DNA of 64,000 bases from assembly GCF_006345805.1 (NCBI RefSeq), contig NC_043000.1:7440001-7504000 (forward strand). The letters run 5' to 3'. This document shows, in pieces, positions 12,501-23,237 of this stretch (positions within the stretch are counted from its first letter, which is position 1; each line of letters opens with the position of its first letter). Position numbers and translations under genes: made by a program. The stretch is from Octopus sinensis (Eukaryota). The notes below the pieces were generated by a model. The model saw only the letters and a list, made by a program, of their open reading frames with translations. It was not told where the DNA came from and did no database searches.

Positions 12501-15500
12501 CCAAGTATAAAGCATGTGTGCCAGTGCTATGTAAGAAGTGCTTGCATTGGTTCCATGAAGAAAAACACTTGTTTGGGGCCAAGTATAAAGCATGTGTGCC
12601 AGTGCTATGTAAGAAGTGCTTGCTTTGGTTCTATGTAGAAAAACAATTGTTTGGGGACAAGAAAAAAGCATGTGTGCCAGTGCTACGTAAAAAGCGCTTG
12701 CTTTGGTTCCATGAAGAAAAACACTTGTTTGGGGCCAAGTAAAAAGCATGTGTGCCAGTGCTATGTAAGAAGTGCTTGCATTGGTTCTATGTAGAAAAAC
12801 AATTGTTTGGGGCCAACAAAAAAGCATTTGTGCCAGTGCTACGTAAAAAGCGCTTGCTTTGGTTCCATGAAGAAAAACACTTGTTTGGGGCCAAGTAAAA
12901 AGCATGTGTGCCAGTGCTATGTAAGAAGTGCTTGCATTGGTTCTATGTAGAAAAACACTTGTTTGGGGCCAAGTATAAAGCATGTGTGCCAGTGCTACGT
13001 AAAAAGCGCTTGCTTTGGTTCCATGAAGGAAAACACTTGTTTGGGGCCAAGTAAAAAGCATGTGTGCCAGTGCTATGTAAGAAGTGCTTGCATTGGTTCT
13101 ATGTAGAAAAACAATTGTTTGGGGCCAACAAAAAATCATTTGTGCCAGTGCTACATAAAAAGCGCTTGCTTTGGTTCCATGAAGAAAAACACTTGTTTGG
13201 GGCCAAGTAAAAAGCATGTGTGCCAGTGCTATGTAAGAAGTGCTTGCATTGGTTCTATGTAGAAAAACAATTGTTTGGGGCCAACAAAAAAGCATTTGTG
13301 CCAGTGCTACGTAAAAAGCGCTTGCTTTGGTTCCATGAAGAAAAACACTTGCTTGGGGCCAAGTAAAAAGCATGTGTGCCAGTGCTATGTAAGAAGTGCT
13401 TGCATTGGTTCTTTGTAGAAAAACAATTGTTTGGGGCCAACAAAAAAGCATTTGTGCCAGTGCTACGTAAAAAGTGCTTGCTTTGGTTCCATGAAGAAAA
13501 ACACTTGTTTGGGGCCAAGTAAAAAGCATGTGTGCCAGTGCTATGTAAGAAGTGCTTGCATTGGTTCTATGTAGAAAAACAATTGTTTGGGGCCAACAAA
13601 AAAGCATTTGTGCCAGTGCTACTTAAAAAGCGCTTGCTTTGGTTCCATGAAGAAAAACACTTGTTTGGGGCCAAGTAAAATGCATGTGTGCCAGTGCTAT
13701 GTAAGAAGTGCTTGCATTGGTTCTATGTAGAAAAACAATTGTTTGGGGCCAACAAAAAAGCATTTGTGCCAGTGCTACGTAAAAAGCTCTTGCTTTGGTT
13801 CCATGAAGAAAAACACTTGTTTGGGGCCAAGTAAAAAGCATGTGTGCCAGTGCTATGTAAGAAGTGCTTGCATTGGTTCTATGTAGGAAAACAATTGTTT
13901 GGGGCCAACAAAAAAGCATTTGTGCCAGTGCTACGTAAAAAGCGCTTGCTTTGGTTCCACGAAGAAAAACACTTGTTTGGGGCCAAGTAAAAAGCATGTG
14001 TGCCAGTGCTATGTAAGAAGTGCTTGCATTGGTTCTATGTAGAAGAACAATTGTTTGGGGCCAAGGATAAAGCATGTGTGCCAGTGCTATGTAAAAAGTG
14101 CTTGCTTCGGTACCATGAAGAAAAACAATTGTTTGGGGACAAGAAAAAAGCATGTGTGCCAGTGCTATGTAAGAAGTGCTTGCTTTGGTACCATGAAGAA
14201 AAACACTTGTTTGGGGCCAAGTATAAAGCATGTGTGCCAGTGCTATGTAAGAAGTGCTTGCTTTGGTTCTATGTAGAAAGACACTTGTTTGGGGCCAAGT
14301 ATAAAGCATGTGTGCCAGTGCTACGTAAGAAGTGCTTGCTTTGGTTCTATGTAGAAAAACAATTGTTTGGGGACAAGAAAAAAGCATGTGTGCCAGTGCT
14401 ATGTAAGAAGTGCTTGCATTGGTTCCATGAAGAAAAACACTTGTTTGGGGCCAAGTATAAAGCATGTGTGCCAGTGCTATGTAAGAAGTGCTTGCTTTGG
14501 TACCATGAAGAAAAATACTTGTTTGGGGCCAAGTATAAAGCATGTGTGCCAGTGCTATGTAAAAAGTGCTTGCTTTGGTACCATGAAGAAAAATACTTGT
14601 TTGGGGCCAAGTATAAAGCATGTGTGCCAGTGCTACGTAAGAAGTGCTTGCTTTGGTTCTATGTAGAAAAACAATTGTTTGGGGACAAGGAAAAAGCATG
14701 TGTGCCAGTGCTATGTAAGAAGTGCTTGCATTGGTTCCATGAAGAAAAACACTTGTTTGGGGCCAAGTATAAAGCATGTGTGCCAGTGCTATGTAAGAAG
14801 TGCTTGCATTGGTTCCATGAAGAAAAACACTTGTTTGGGGCCAAGTATAAAGCATGTGTGCCAGTGCTACGTAAGAAGTGCTTGCTTTGGTTCTATGTAG
14901 AAAAACAATTGTTTGGGGACAAGAAAAAAGCATGTGTGCCAGTGCTATGTAAGAAGTGCTTGCATTGGTTCCATGAAGAAAAACACTTGTTTGGGGCCAA
15001 GTATAAAGCATGTATGCCAGTGCTATGTAAAAGTGCTTGCTTCGGTACCATGAAGTAAAACACTTGTTTGGGGCCAAGTAAAAAGCATGTATGCCAGTGC
15101 TATGTAAAAGTGCTTGCTTCGGTACCATGAAGTAAAACACTTGTTTGGGGCCAAGTAAAAAGCATGTATGCCAGTGCTATGTAAAAGTGCTTGCTTCGGT
15201 ACCATGAAGTAAAACACTTGTTTGGGGCCAAGTAAAAAGCATGTATGCCAGTGCTATGTAAAAGTGCTTGCTTTGGTACCATGAAGAAAAACACTTGTTT
15301 GGGGCCAAGTAAAAGCATGTATGCCAGTGCTATGTAAAAGTGCTTGCTTCGGTACCATGAAGTAAAACACTTGTTTGGGGCCAAGTAAAAAGCATGTGTC
15401 CCAGTGCTATGTAAGAAGCGCTTGCTTTGGTTCCATGAAGAAAAACACTTGTTAGGGGCCAAGTAAAAAGCATGTGTGCCACTGGTATGTAAGAGGCGCT

Positions 15501-15860
15501 TGCTTTGGTTCCATGAACAAAAACACTTGTTTGGGGCCAAGTAAAAGCATGTGTGCCAGTGCTATGTAAGAAGTGCTTGCTTTGGTTCCATGAACAAAAA
15601 CACTCTTTTGGGGCCAAGTAAAAAGCATGTGTGCCAGTGCTATTTAAAAAGGGCTTTCTTTGGTTCCATGAAGAGAAACACTTGTTTGGGGCCAAGTAAA
15701 AAGCATTTGTGCCAGTGCTACGTAAAAAGTGCTTGCTTTGGTTCCCTGTAGAAAAACACTTGTTTGGGGCCAAGTAAAAAGCATGTGTGCCAGTGCTATG
15801 GAAAAGGTGCTTACTTTGGTTCCATGAAGAAAAACACTTGTTTGGGGCCAAGTAAAAAGC
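570..15860 (+). repeat. 78-bp satellite array, ~196 units, each unit 3 x 26-bp diverged subunits
   Basis: Consensus gggccaagtaaaaagcatgtgtgcca-gtgctatgtaaaaagtgcttgctttg-gttccatgaagaaaaacacttgtttg repeats continuously. It starts at gctggtgccatgtaaaaagca (570) and ends at gggccaagtaaaaagc (15860). The 26-aa periodicity of all overlapping ORFs confirms the 78-nt period. Confidence 0.98.
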
Positions 15861-16013
15861 CCCCAGTAACGTGGTTGGCATTAGGAAGTGTATCCAGTCA
15901 TAGAAACCATGCAAAATGAAAAAGAGAACTGGAACCAGGGCAGCTCTCTGGCTGGCAAGCTCCTCTCAAATCAGCATGGAAAACATATATTAAATGATGA
16001 TGGTGATGATGAG
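15861..16013 (+). mobile_element. 3' tail of an RTE-tail element fused to the end of the satellite
   Basis: gtggttggcattaggaag...cagcatggaaaacatatattaaatgatgatggtgatgatg matches the tails at 16480-16639, 17870-18030 and 48950-49104. Confidence 0.85.
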
Positions 16014-16118
16014 GGGATATGAACCTAGGAATTGTGAATAAATACTGTGATGCATTTAACAACCGTCTTTAATGTTGATTTCTAACATAGGCACAAGGAA
16101 TTATGCTTTGGCAGGGAG

Positions 16119-16639
16119 CACAGAGACAATGACGAAAGACCGAGACCTCTTGAGATATGCTGTGACTGCGAAGACCTGACAAATGAGGTGAGTTCTTGGC
16201 TGTTTCCTGCACCAGCTTCACATAGAAGCCCCAGCCCATCTAAAGTACCTTGGATCGCAGGACGGCCTGCTGTGCTTACCTTGGTTCATAGGGCGACCTG
16301 CTGTGCTTGAGGAGACCTGTTGAGTCAAGTAGAACAACATCAACATCAAATGGAAATTGTAGTTGTGATACCTGTGCCAGTGGCACGTAAAAAGCACCAT
16401 CCAAACATGGCTGATGCCAGTGCCACCTTGACTGGCACCTGTGCTGGTGGCACGTAAAAAGCACCCACTGCACTCATGGAGTGGTTGGCATTAGGAAGGG
16501 CATCCACCTGTAGAAACACTGCCAGATCAGACTGGAGCCTGGTGCAGCCTCCTGGCTTCCGAGACCCCGGTCAAACCGTCCAACCCATGCCAGCATGGTA
16601 AACGGACGTTAAACGATGATGATGATGATGATGATGATG
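16119..16639 (+). mobile_element. 5'-truncated RTE LINE (last codons, 3'UTR with VNTR, (GAT)n tail)
   Basis: gaccgagacctcttgagatatgctgtg matches the DRDLWKYAV coding end of the RTE at 48351. It is followed by ggcacgtaaaaagcacc repeats and gttaaacgatgatgat. Confidence 0.85.
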
Positions 16640-17328
16640 TATAGATGGCCTCCAAAATTTGAGGTGTACTTATTTCGTAGGCACTGGAACAATAAAAGGC
16701 AAAATCCACCATTACAGGATTTGAATTTAGATCATAGCTACAACTAAATACTGCAAGTTATTTTCTCCATCACTGCACCATGACGCTGTCCTCTCACTGA
16801 TTTTAATATTGAATTTTACATAAACTTGAGAATCGTAAATAAATGTTTTCAAGTTTATCGTTTTCCTTTTAATGTTACACTGAAACTGTCTTATTTTTAC
16901 TTACAGCAAATCAGTTCAGATCTAAATTTAGATTCTCAGTTTTCCAGTTACCATGTTTTATTGGAAAACAAGCAGAAGTGATTTTAGGTACATCTACTAA
17001 CTATCTTCTTCGAAATCAGCTTGAAGTATATTTAGCATCTATAGTAGTTCGTCACTTTCTAATTTCATCACAGTGTTACGCTGACATTTCGTAAATACCT
17101 CACCATCATCATCTTGTTATGTCATTGCAGCCTGTCATTTGACATTATCACATATAACTGTGTTGTTTCATGTTGCCATTCGCTGCTTTATTTATTCATT
17201 TCCTGTCAGACCCGATCTCAACATTGCGCTATCATTGACTTTCGTTTCAAACAAAGATTATTTACCTGCATGAAGTTTGTAGCTGTGTCTACAACTTTAT
17301 TGCTTATATGTAAGCTGTTTGATTATAT

Positions 17329-18066
17329 TTAACTCTTTAGCATTCAAACTGGCCATATCCAACCCAAATATTCTACCTGTTTTATGTCCAGACTGGCCAG
17401 ATCTAGCATCTCACACATACCCTACAATATCATTCTAAAAATATACAATCACATCATTGAAATCTCAAAGCTTCAAGATAATGCATGATTAATTCAATAT
17501 AATGTGAATAAATAAGCATTACGAGTGTGATCGTTGACAGAGCGGCTAACCGGCTTCCGTGCCAGTGGCACATAAAAGGACACCATTTGAGTATGATCGT
17601 TACCGGCGTTGCCTTACTGGCACTTGTGCCTGTGCTAGTAGGGTGCCAAGAGCACCATCCGAGTGTGATCGTTGCCAGAGCAGCCAACTGGCTTCCGTGA
17701 CAGTGGAATGTAAATGGGCACCATTCGAGCGTGATTGTTACCAACATCACTTCACTGGCACCTGTGCCGGTGGCACGTGTAAAAAGATCCGAGCAAGGTC
17801 GTTGCCAGTACCGCCTGACTGGCGCCCATGCTGGTGGCACGTAAAAAGCACCCACTACACTCTCAGAGTGGTTGGTGTTAGGAAGAGCATCCAGCTGTAG
17901 AAACTCTGCCAGATCAAGATTGGAGCCTGGTGCAGCCATCTGGTTCACCAGCCCTCAGTCAAAATCGTCCAACCCATGCTAGCATGGAAAGCGGACGTTA
18001 AACAATGATGATGATGATGATGATGATGATACACTTGACAAAGTAATCTGAATGTTAAAAAGTTAA
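17329..18066 (+). mobile_element. TTAA-ended (piggyBac-like) MITE copy 1, interrupted by an RTE-tail element at 17523-18030
   Basis: The ends ttaactctttagcattca and tgaatgttaaaaagttaa are an 18-bp imperfect TIR. The body is shared with copies at 39041-39543 and 47036-49218. The insert has gtggcacgtaaaaagca repeats and a (GAT)n tail. Confidence 0.8.
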
Positions 18067-19540
18067 ACTATTTACCACTGTCACAGGAATTCAGATGTCC
18101 CACAGAAGTGGGTAGTTAGTTTTATGGTTTTGCTCCGAGAACATCCATACTAGTAATAGGTTGATGACTAACTCTATATTCACACAATCTATAAAAGCTT
18201 TATAATAGAGATTTAAAGTCTTCCAGTTCTTTATAGTTTAAACAGACATTGTGTGTGGCTTGTATATTATATAGAACACAATACGAACTATTGATAGTGG
18301 GAGTAAACCCATATTCTTTCATAAATTTAAAGAATTCTGCACATGTGAATTGTGGTTTGTTGTTAGTCATTAATTTGACTGGTGTGTGACTGTGTGGTAA
18401 GCAGTATGTTGCCTAACCACATGGCTTCAGGTTCAGTTCCACTGCATGACACATTGGGGAAAGTGTCTTTTTACTATAACTCCAAAGCCCTGTGAGTAAA
18501 TTTGTTAGATGAAAACTGAAAGAAGCCCATTATACATATGTGTGTGTGTGTGTGCATGCGTTTTACTGTCTTCTTGCCTTGACATCACATAAATGAGTGT
18601 CATCATTATACAAATGGTGTCCTTCATTTCCAGTCTTCCATGGAAACATTTCTTGTCATGGGGAAATAGTAACTTACTTGGAAACAAATGAGGGTTGGCA
18701 ACTGGAAAGGCATCTGGTAATAGAAAATCTGCTTCAACAAGTTCTGTCCAACCCAAGCAAGCACGGAAAAGTAGATGTTAAAAAATGATGAAAGTGATGA
18801 TATATCCCACCTTTAGATAACATGCACCTAATTCAACACAATATAAAGCAATTAGGTGGCGTCGGGGGATACCAATTAATATCTTGTCATTTACATTGTA
18901 TTATGTCTGTAATGAAGAATGATGACTATCAAATGACCCCTAATCCGACTAACTGGAAAATGGATACTGAAGGTAGGAACAGCTGCTCTTTTAATTGTTT
19001 CAACGTGGCCATACTGCGAATTTGTTGCAGAATTCAACTCTGGTGCTTATATTTTTTAAAGTTTGGTACTTATTATATCAGTTTCTTTTGCTGAGGTGTT
19101 AAGTGATAGGGACATAAACAAACAGTCACCAATTGTCAAGTGGTGTGGGAACATACACAAAGACATACAAACACACATATACAAGTTGTCTTTAGGAAAT
19201 CAAAGATTAAAGATATTAATGATATAACTTCGGATACAGCAGGGCTGTCACGGAACCTTCAGTGTTGGAGATTACTGGTGGACCTGGTCAACTCAATGCA
19301 TTATAACATTCCTGGGACCACTAACCTAGGAAGAATCCCAGCCCCCATCAAGCAAGAGCATATATATATATATATAGTTATCGCCATACTTATATGGCAG
19401 TCTTATAAATATAAGACTAAAGCTGTCGCTGATTAGCTCCAAGGGGCCACCACCTCAAGCTAGCTATTTGACACACAATCTGCGTCCATTATAAACCTTC
19501 GAACAGGGGAGGTCAGCCGCTTCATCCTGCCAGTCAGACA

Positions 19541-19583
19541 GCTGCAGACATGTTTCAGGGTATTTGCCCTTTATCAATGCAGC
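19541..19583 (-). ncRNA. Second, inverted copy of the same hammerhead ribozyme
   Basis: Exact reverse complement of 19873-19915. Confidence 0.72.
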
Positions 19584-19872
19584 GTAGTCAGAAGGTTTAT
19601 AATGGACGCAGATTGTGTATCAAATAGTTAGCTTGAGGTGGTGGCCCCTTGGAGCTAATCAGCGACAGCTTTAGTCTTATATTTATAAGACTGCCATATA
19701 AGTATGGCGATAACTATTAATTTCCAGTAACGCTGCCGTAATCTCCTTTAGAGAGACTTAGTAATTTTAATATTTCTATTATTGAAAACAAGTGGATGTA
19801 TTCCACTGAAACTAGGTAAATAGATTCTTCGAACAGGGACAGTCAGTAGCGACACCTGCTGGGTGTGACTAC

Positions 19873-19915
19873 GCTGCATTGATAAAGGGCAAATACCCTG
19901 AAACATGTCTGCAGC
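19873..19915 (+). ncRNA. Minimal type-I hammerhead ribozyme (U3:A8 core variant)
   Basis: gctgca-TTGATAA-aggg(caaata)ccct-GAAA-catg-TC-tgcagc gives a perfect 6-bp stem I, a 4-bp stem II, a palindromic stem III and a GUC cleavage triplet. Confidence 0.75.
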
Positions 19916-20174
19916 TGTCTGACTGGCAGGATGAAGCGGCTGACCTCCCCTGTTCGAAGGTTTATAATGGACGCAGATTGTGTATCAAATAGTTAGCTTG
20001 AGGTGGTGGCCCCTTGGAGCTAATCAGCGACAGCTTTAGTCTTATATTTATAAGACTGCCATATAAGTATGGCGATAACTATTAATTTCCAGTAACGCTG
20101 CCATAATCTCCTTTAGAGAGACTTAGTCATTTTAATATTTCTATTATATATATATATATAAAATTATCATTATA

Positions 20175-20217
<43 letters not shown>

Positions 20218-20884
20218 GATTAATGTGGTATTTAAGTTTAGGCACCAGAATTTAGTATGGTATTATCCATACAATTTCAAAGTAAGATAATTAAAATCAA
20301 AATAAGCAACAAGGATATCGAAAGGTAATGCAGTACGATCATTTCATGCAACTTCATTTAATTGAACAATGCAATCATATACGTTTATATTTTTGTTTTG
20401 CAAGATTCTTGATGTGAAATCGTGTGTTGAAACAGATATTGTTGTATTTAGGGATGGTTGTTTTGCCAGTTTAGCCAATAAAAAAACACGCACTATATAT
20501 TTGGTGTTAATTTGCTTCTGCTTAATTTTTTACATTAATCTTAATTTGGCCAGAGTTCTTTCGTCACACTTCTGTGACCTCATCAGTGGTCCTTTGCTTT
20601 CTTCTTTCTTATTAGTGTGTCTCTCCTTACTAACAATCAGCCATTTTGTATTTTGTATTCCTATTGTATGTCATTATTTGTGCATGTGTATACCCCTATG
20701 TGTGTCTATGTAAGTATGTGTGTGTGTGAGGGGGGGATGCCTGTATTATCTGTATCCCCTGTTTATACAACTTCGTGTAATTTGTTTTTATTTATTTTGT
20801 TCATGTGTTTATACCAACTTATTTTTTTTGTATTTAATTTAATTTTTTTTTTATTAAATACAAACTTTTCATATATATATATGA

Positions 20885-21557
20885 ACTTTCAGAACAAGAG
20901 AGAAGGAGACACTCATGGTCCTCTGGAAAACATTCGTCCTCAGCCGCTTGGACTACTGTTCCCAACTATGGTCACCACACAATATAAAACTAACAGCAGA
21001 ACTCGAAGCAATTCAGAGAAGCTACACAAAGAAGATCGTCTCAATGCAAAATATCAGCTACTGGGAAAGACTGAAAGTATTAAACCTCTTCTCCCTAGAG
21101 CGGAGGCGGGAGAGATATGCAGTGATATACATCTGGAAAATCCTGGAGGGTCTTGTCCCAAACTTTGGCATTCAAAGTTACCCCAACCGCAGAACGGGGC
21201 GCCACTGCATGGTGCCAAAGATTCCTACATCACCATCAAAATACAGGTCCAGATACTGCAACAGCTTGGGTTTCAGAGGACCACAGCTCTTTAACATCCT
21301 CCCTAAATGCCTGAGAGACTTACATGGTGTGGATGTGGGTTTCTTTAAAACTAAACTGGATCTCTTCTTGTCGGGAGTCCCAGATGAACCTACCTCACGA
21401 CAGGAAACGCAGATGCGGGCAGCAGCATCGAACTCCCTTGTTGATCAAGTGCCACGTATCAGAGGTGGATTCACATATTAGTGTAGCTCATTCAGCGGTG
21501 GTGCCCCAGCATGGCCGCGGCCTTCAGGCGAAAACATTTTTAAGGATTTAAGGATTT
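20885..21557 (+). mobile_element. 5'-truncated CR1-group LINE: C-terminal ORF2 region, 3'UTR and (TAAGGATT)n tail
   Basis: ORF 20915-21481 LWKTFVLSRLDYCSQLWSP...LEAIQRSYTKKI...YWERLKVLNLFSLERRRERY...FKTKLD is the typical post-RT domain of CR1/L2-group ORF2. The frame is still open. Confidence 0.9.
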
Positions 21558-21732
21558 ATATATACATACACACACACATATACATATATATGTATTTATT
21601 GATATTCAGCAGAAGCAAAAGAGTGACTCAAGAGGCGAGAGTCACTCTGATGCTTCTGCAAAATATTAATAAAAATATGCATATACTCATGTTCTGAGTT
21701 CTGTTTTTCCTGTTTGCATCACCATACCTATC

Positions 21733-22036
21733 GTGGCTGTGTGGTAAGAAGCTTGTTTCCCAACCACATGGTTCTGAGTTCAGTCTCACTATATAACACC
21801 ATGGGCAAGTGTCTTCTATATGTGTGTGTCTTTGTAGCTGTGTTCTTCTCATCACTGCTGAACAATGGGTGTTGGTGTGTTTACATCCTCATAACTTAAC
21901 AGTTCAGCAAAAGAGACTGATAAAATAAGTACTAGACATAAAAAAACATAAGTCTTGGGATCAATTAGTTTGACTAAAACCCTTCAAGGCAGTGCTTCAG
22001 CATGGCCACAGTCAAATGACTGAAACAAGTAAAAGA
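21733..22036 (+). mobile_element. tRNA-derived SINE family B
   Basis: Head gtggctgtgtggtaagaagcttg, core ccatgggcaagtgtcttcta, tail cagcatggccacagtcaaatgactgaaacaagtaaaaga. Confidence 0.85.
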
Positions 22037-22986
22037 ATATATATGTGTAGAAAAGCCACCTACCCCCTTGTTACAAATTCCTCACATCCCCCTTTCTGTG
22101 TGTGTGTGTGTGCCTGTGTGTATTTATGAAAGTATGTATGCAGCATTGCATGTATATGACAGCTGTGGTAACATTACCATCCCATTGCCACTGTTGTTCT
22201 TACATGCGTGTGTATGTGTGTGTGTGGTAGACAAGAGATGAGGTCTCTGCAATTTTTTGTTGAGTAACCTGCACAGGCGATTTGGTTATAGTGATCGAAC
22301 GTTTGTGCTGCATATTAGTTTGGATCTTCCAAATCAAAACTGCCTTATACAGGAGCATGGTGTGCCACACATCAGGTGTCTAAATGATTACAGAGCAAGG
22401 CAAGATGAAGTGTTTTCCTCAAAAACACAATGCAACACCTGGGCTAGGAATTGAAATCATAATCACAACATCATGAGTACAACACCTTAACCACTAGACT
22501 ACATATAGATATGTGTGTGTTCATCTATGTAATTGTCTCTTCATGTGACATGTGTTAATGATTGTTACTATACAAGTAATGTTCATTCCCAATCCTCTAT
22601 GGAAACATATCTGGCTATAGGGAAATATCACCTTGCTTGGAAACAGGTGATGCTTAGCAACAAGATTATCATCTGCAGCCCCAACAAGTTTTGCCTTACT
22701 CATGCAAACATAGAACAGTGGACATTAAATAATCATAACAATGATGATGATGATGATGATTACAGTATTTCATTGCTTTGTTTGGGTTATGGATATAGTA
22801 ACTCTTATTTCAGCTGCAGGAAATGTTTTGCAATTGGAGAAATGTGTACACTGTCAAGGAAACTACAAGGCTTTTGGATTAAGTGTCGCTCATTGGAACG
22901 AAAGACTTGAAGACTATGAAATGGGGTAAGAAGTTTGCTTCCCAACCACATGGATCCACATTCAGTTCCACTGTGTGGTATCTTGG

Positions 22987-23237
22987 TTGTTCCTTCTTGA
23001 GCCATGCCTGGCTCATAAAATTTCCTTCGCGTTGCAGGTGAGCTGCTAGCTGCAGGAGAAAAGAGTGAGAGAAAGTTGTGGTGAAAGAGTCAGCAGAAGT
23101 TCGCCATTACCTTCTGCTGGAGCCGCTTGGAGCTTAGGTGTTTTCGCTCATAAACACACACATCACCCGGTCTGAAATTCAAACCCACAATTCCTCAACC
23201 GCAAGTCCGCTGCTCTATCCACTAGGCCATGTGCCTC
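22987..23237 (-). mobile_element. tRNA-derived SINE (further family) inserted into a family B SINE with a ~16-18-bp TSD
   Basis: Flanked by cactgtgtggtatcttgg (22969-22986) and cactgtggtatcttgg (23238-23253). The minus strand begins gaggcacatggcctagtggatagagc (A-box-like). Confidence 0.8.

Larger units (their letters stand above)
19374..20147. mobile_element. Penelope-like element pseudo-LTR remnant with inverted and direct duplications, between (TA)n tracts
   Basis: Arrangement A(19374-19500) B(19501-19590) A'(19591-19717) C B'(19866-19955) A'(19956-20082) C. It contains hammerhead folds in both orientations. Inverted pLTRs with hammerheads are an established hallmark of Penelope-like elements. 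Confidence 0.7.

Noticed and set aside
759-15540. Very long ORFs (up to 1108 aa) as real repeat proteins
   Set aside because: ORFs overlap in up to five frames on both strands, switch register at indels, and follow from a 78-nt period. 77-bp frameshifted units were amplified. No splice or start context supports them.
570-15860. CRISPR-like array
   Set aside because: The whole 78-bp unit repeats. There are no unique spacers, no cas genes, and the context is eukaryotic.
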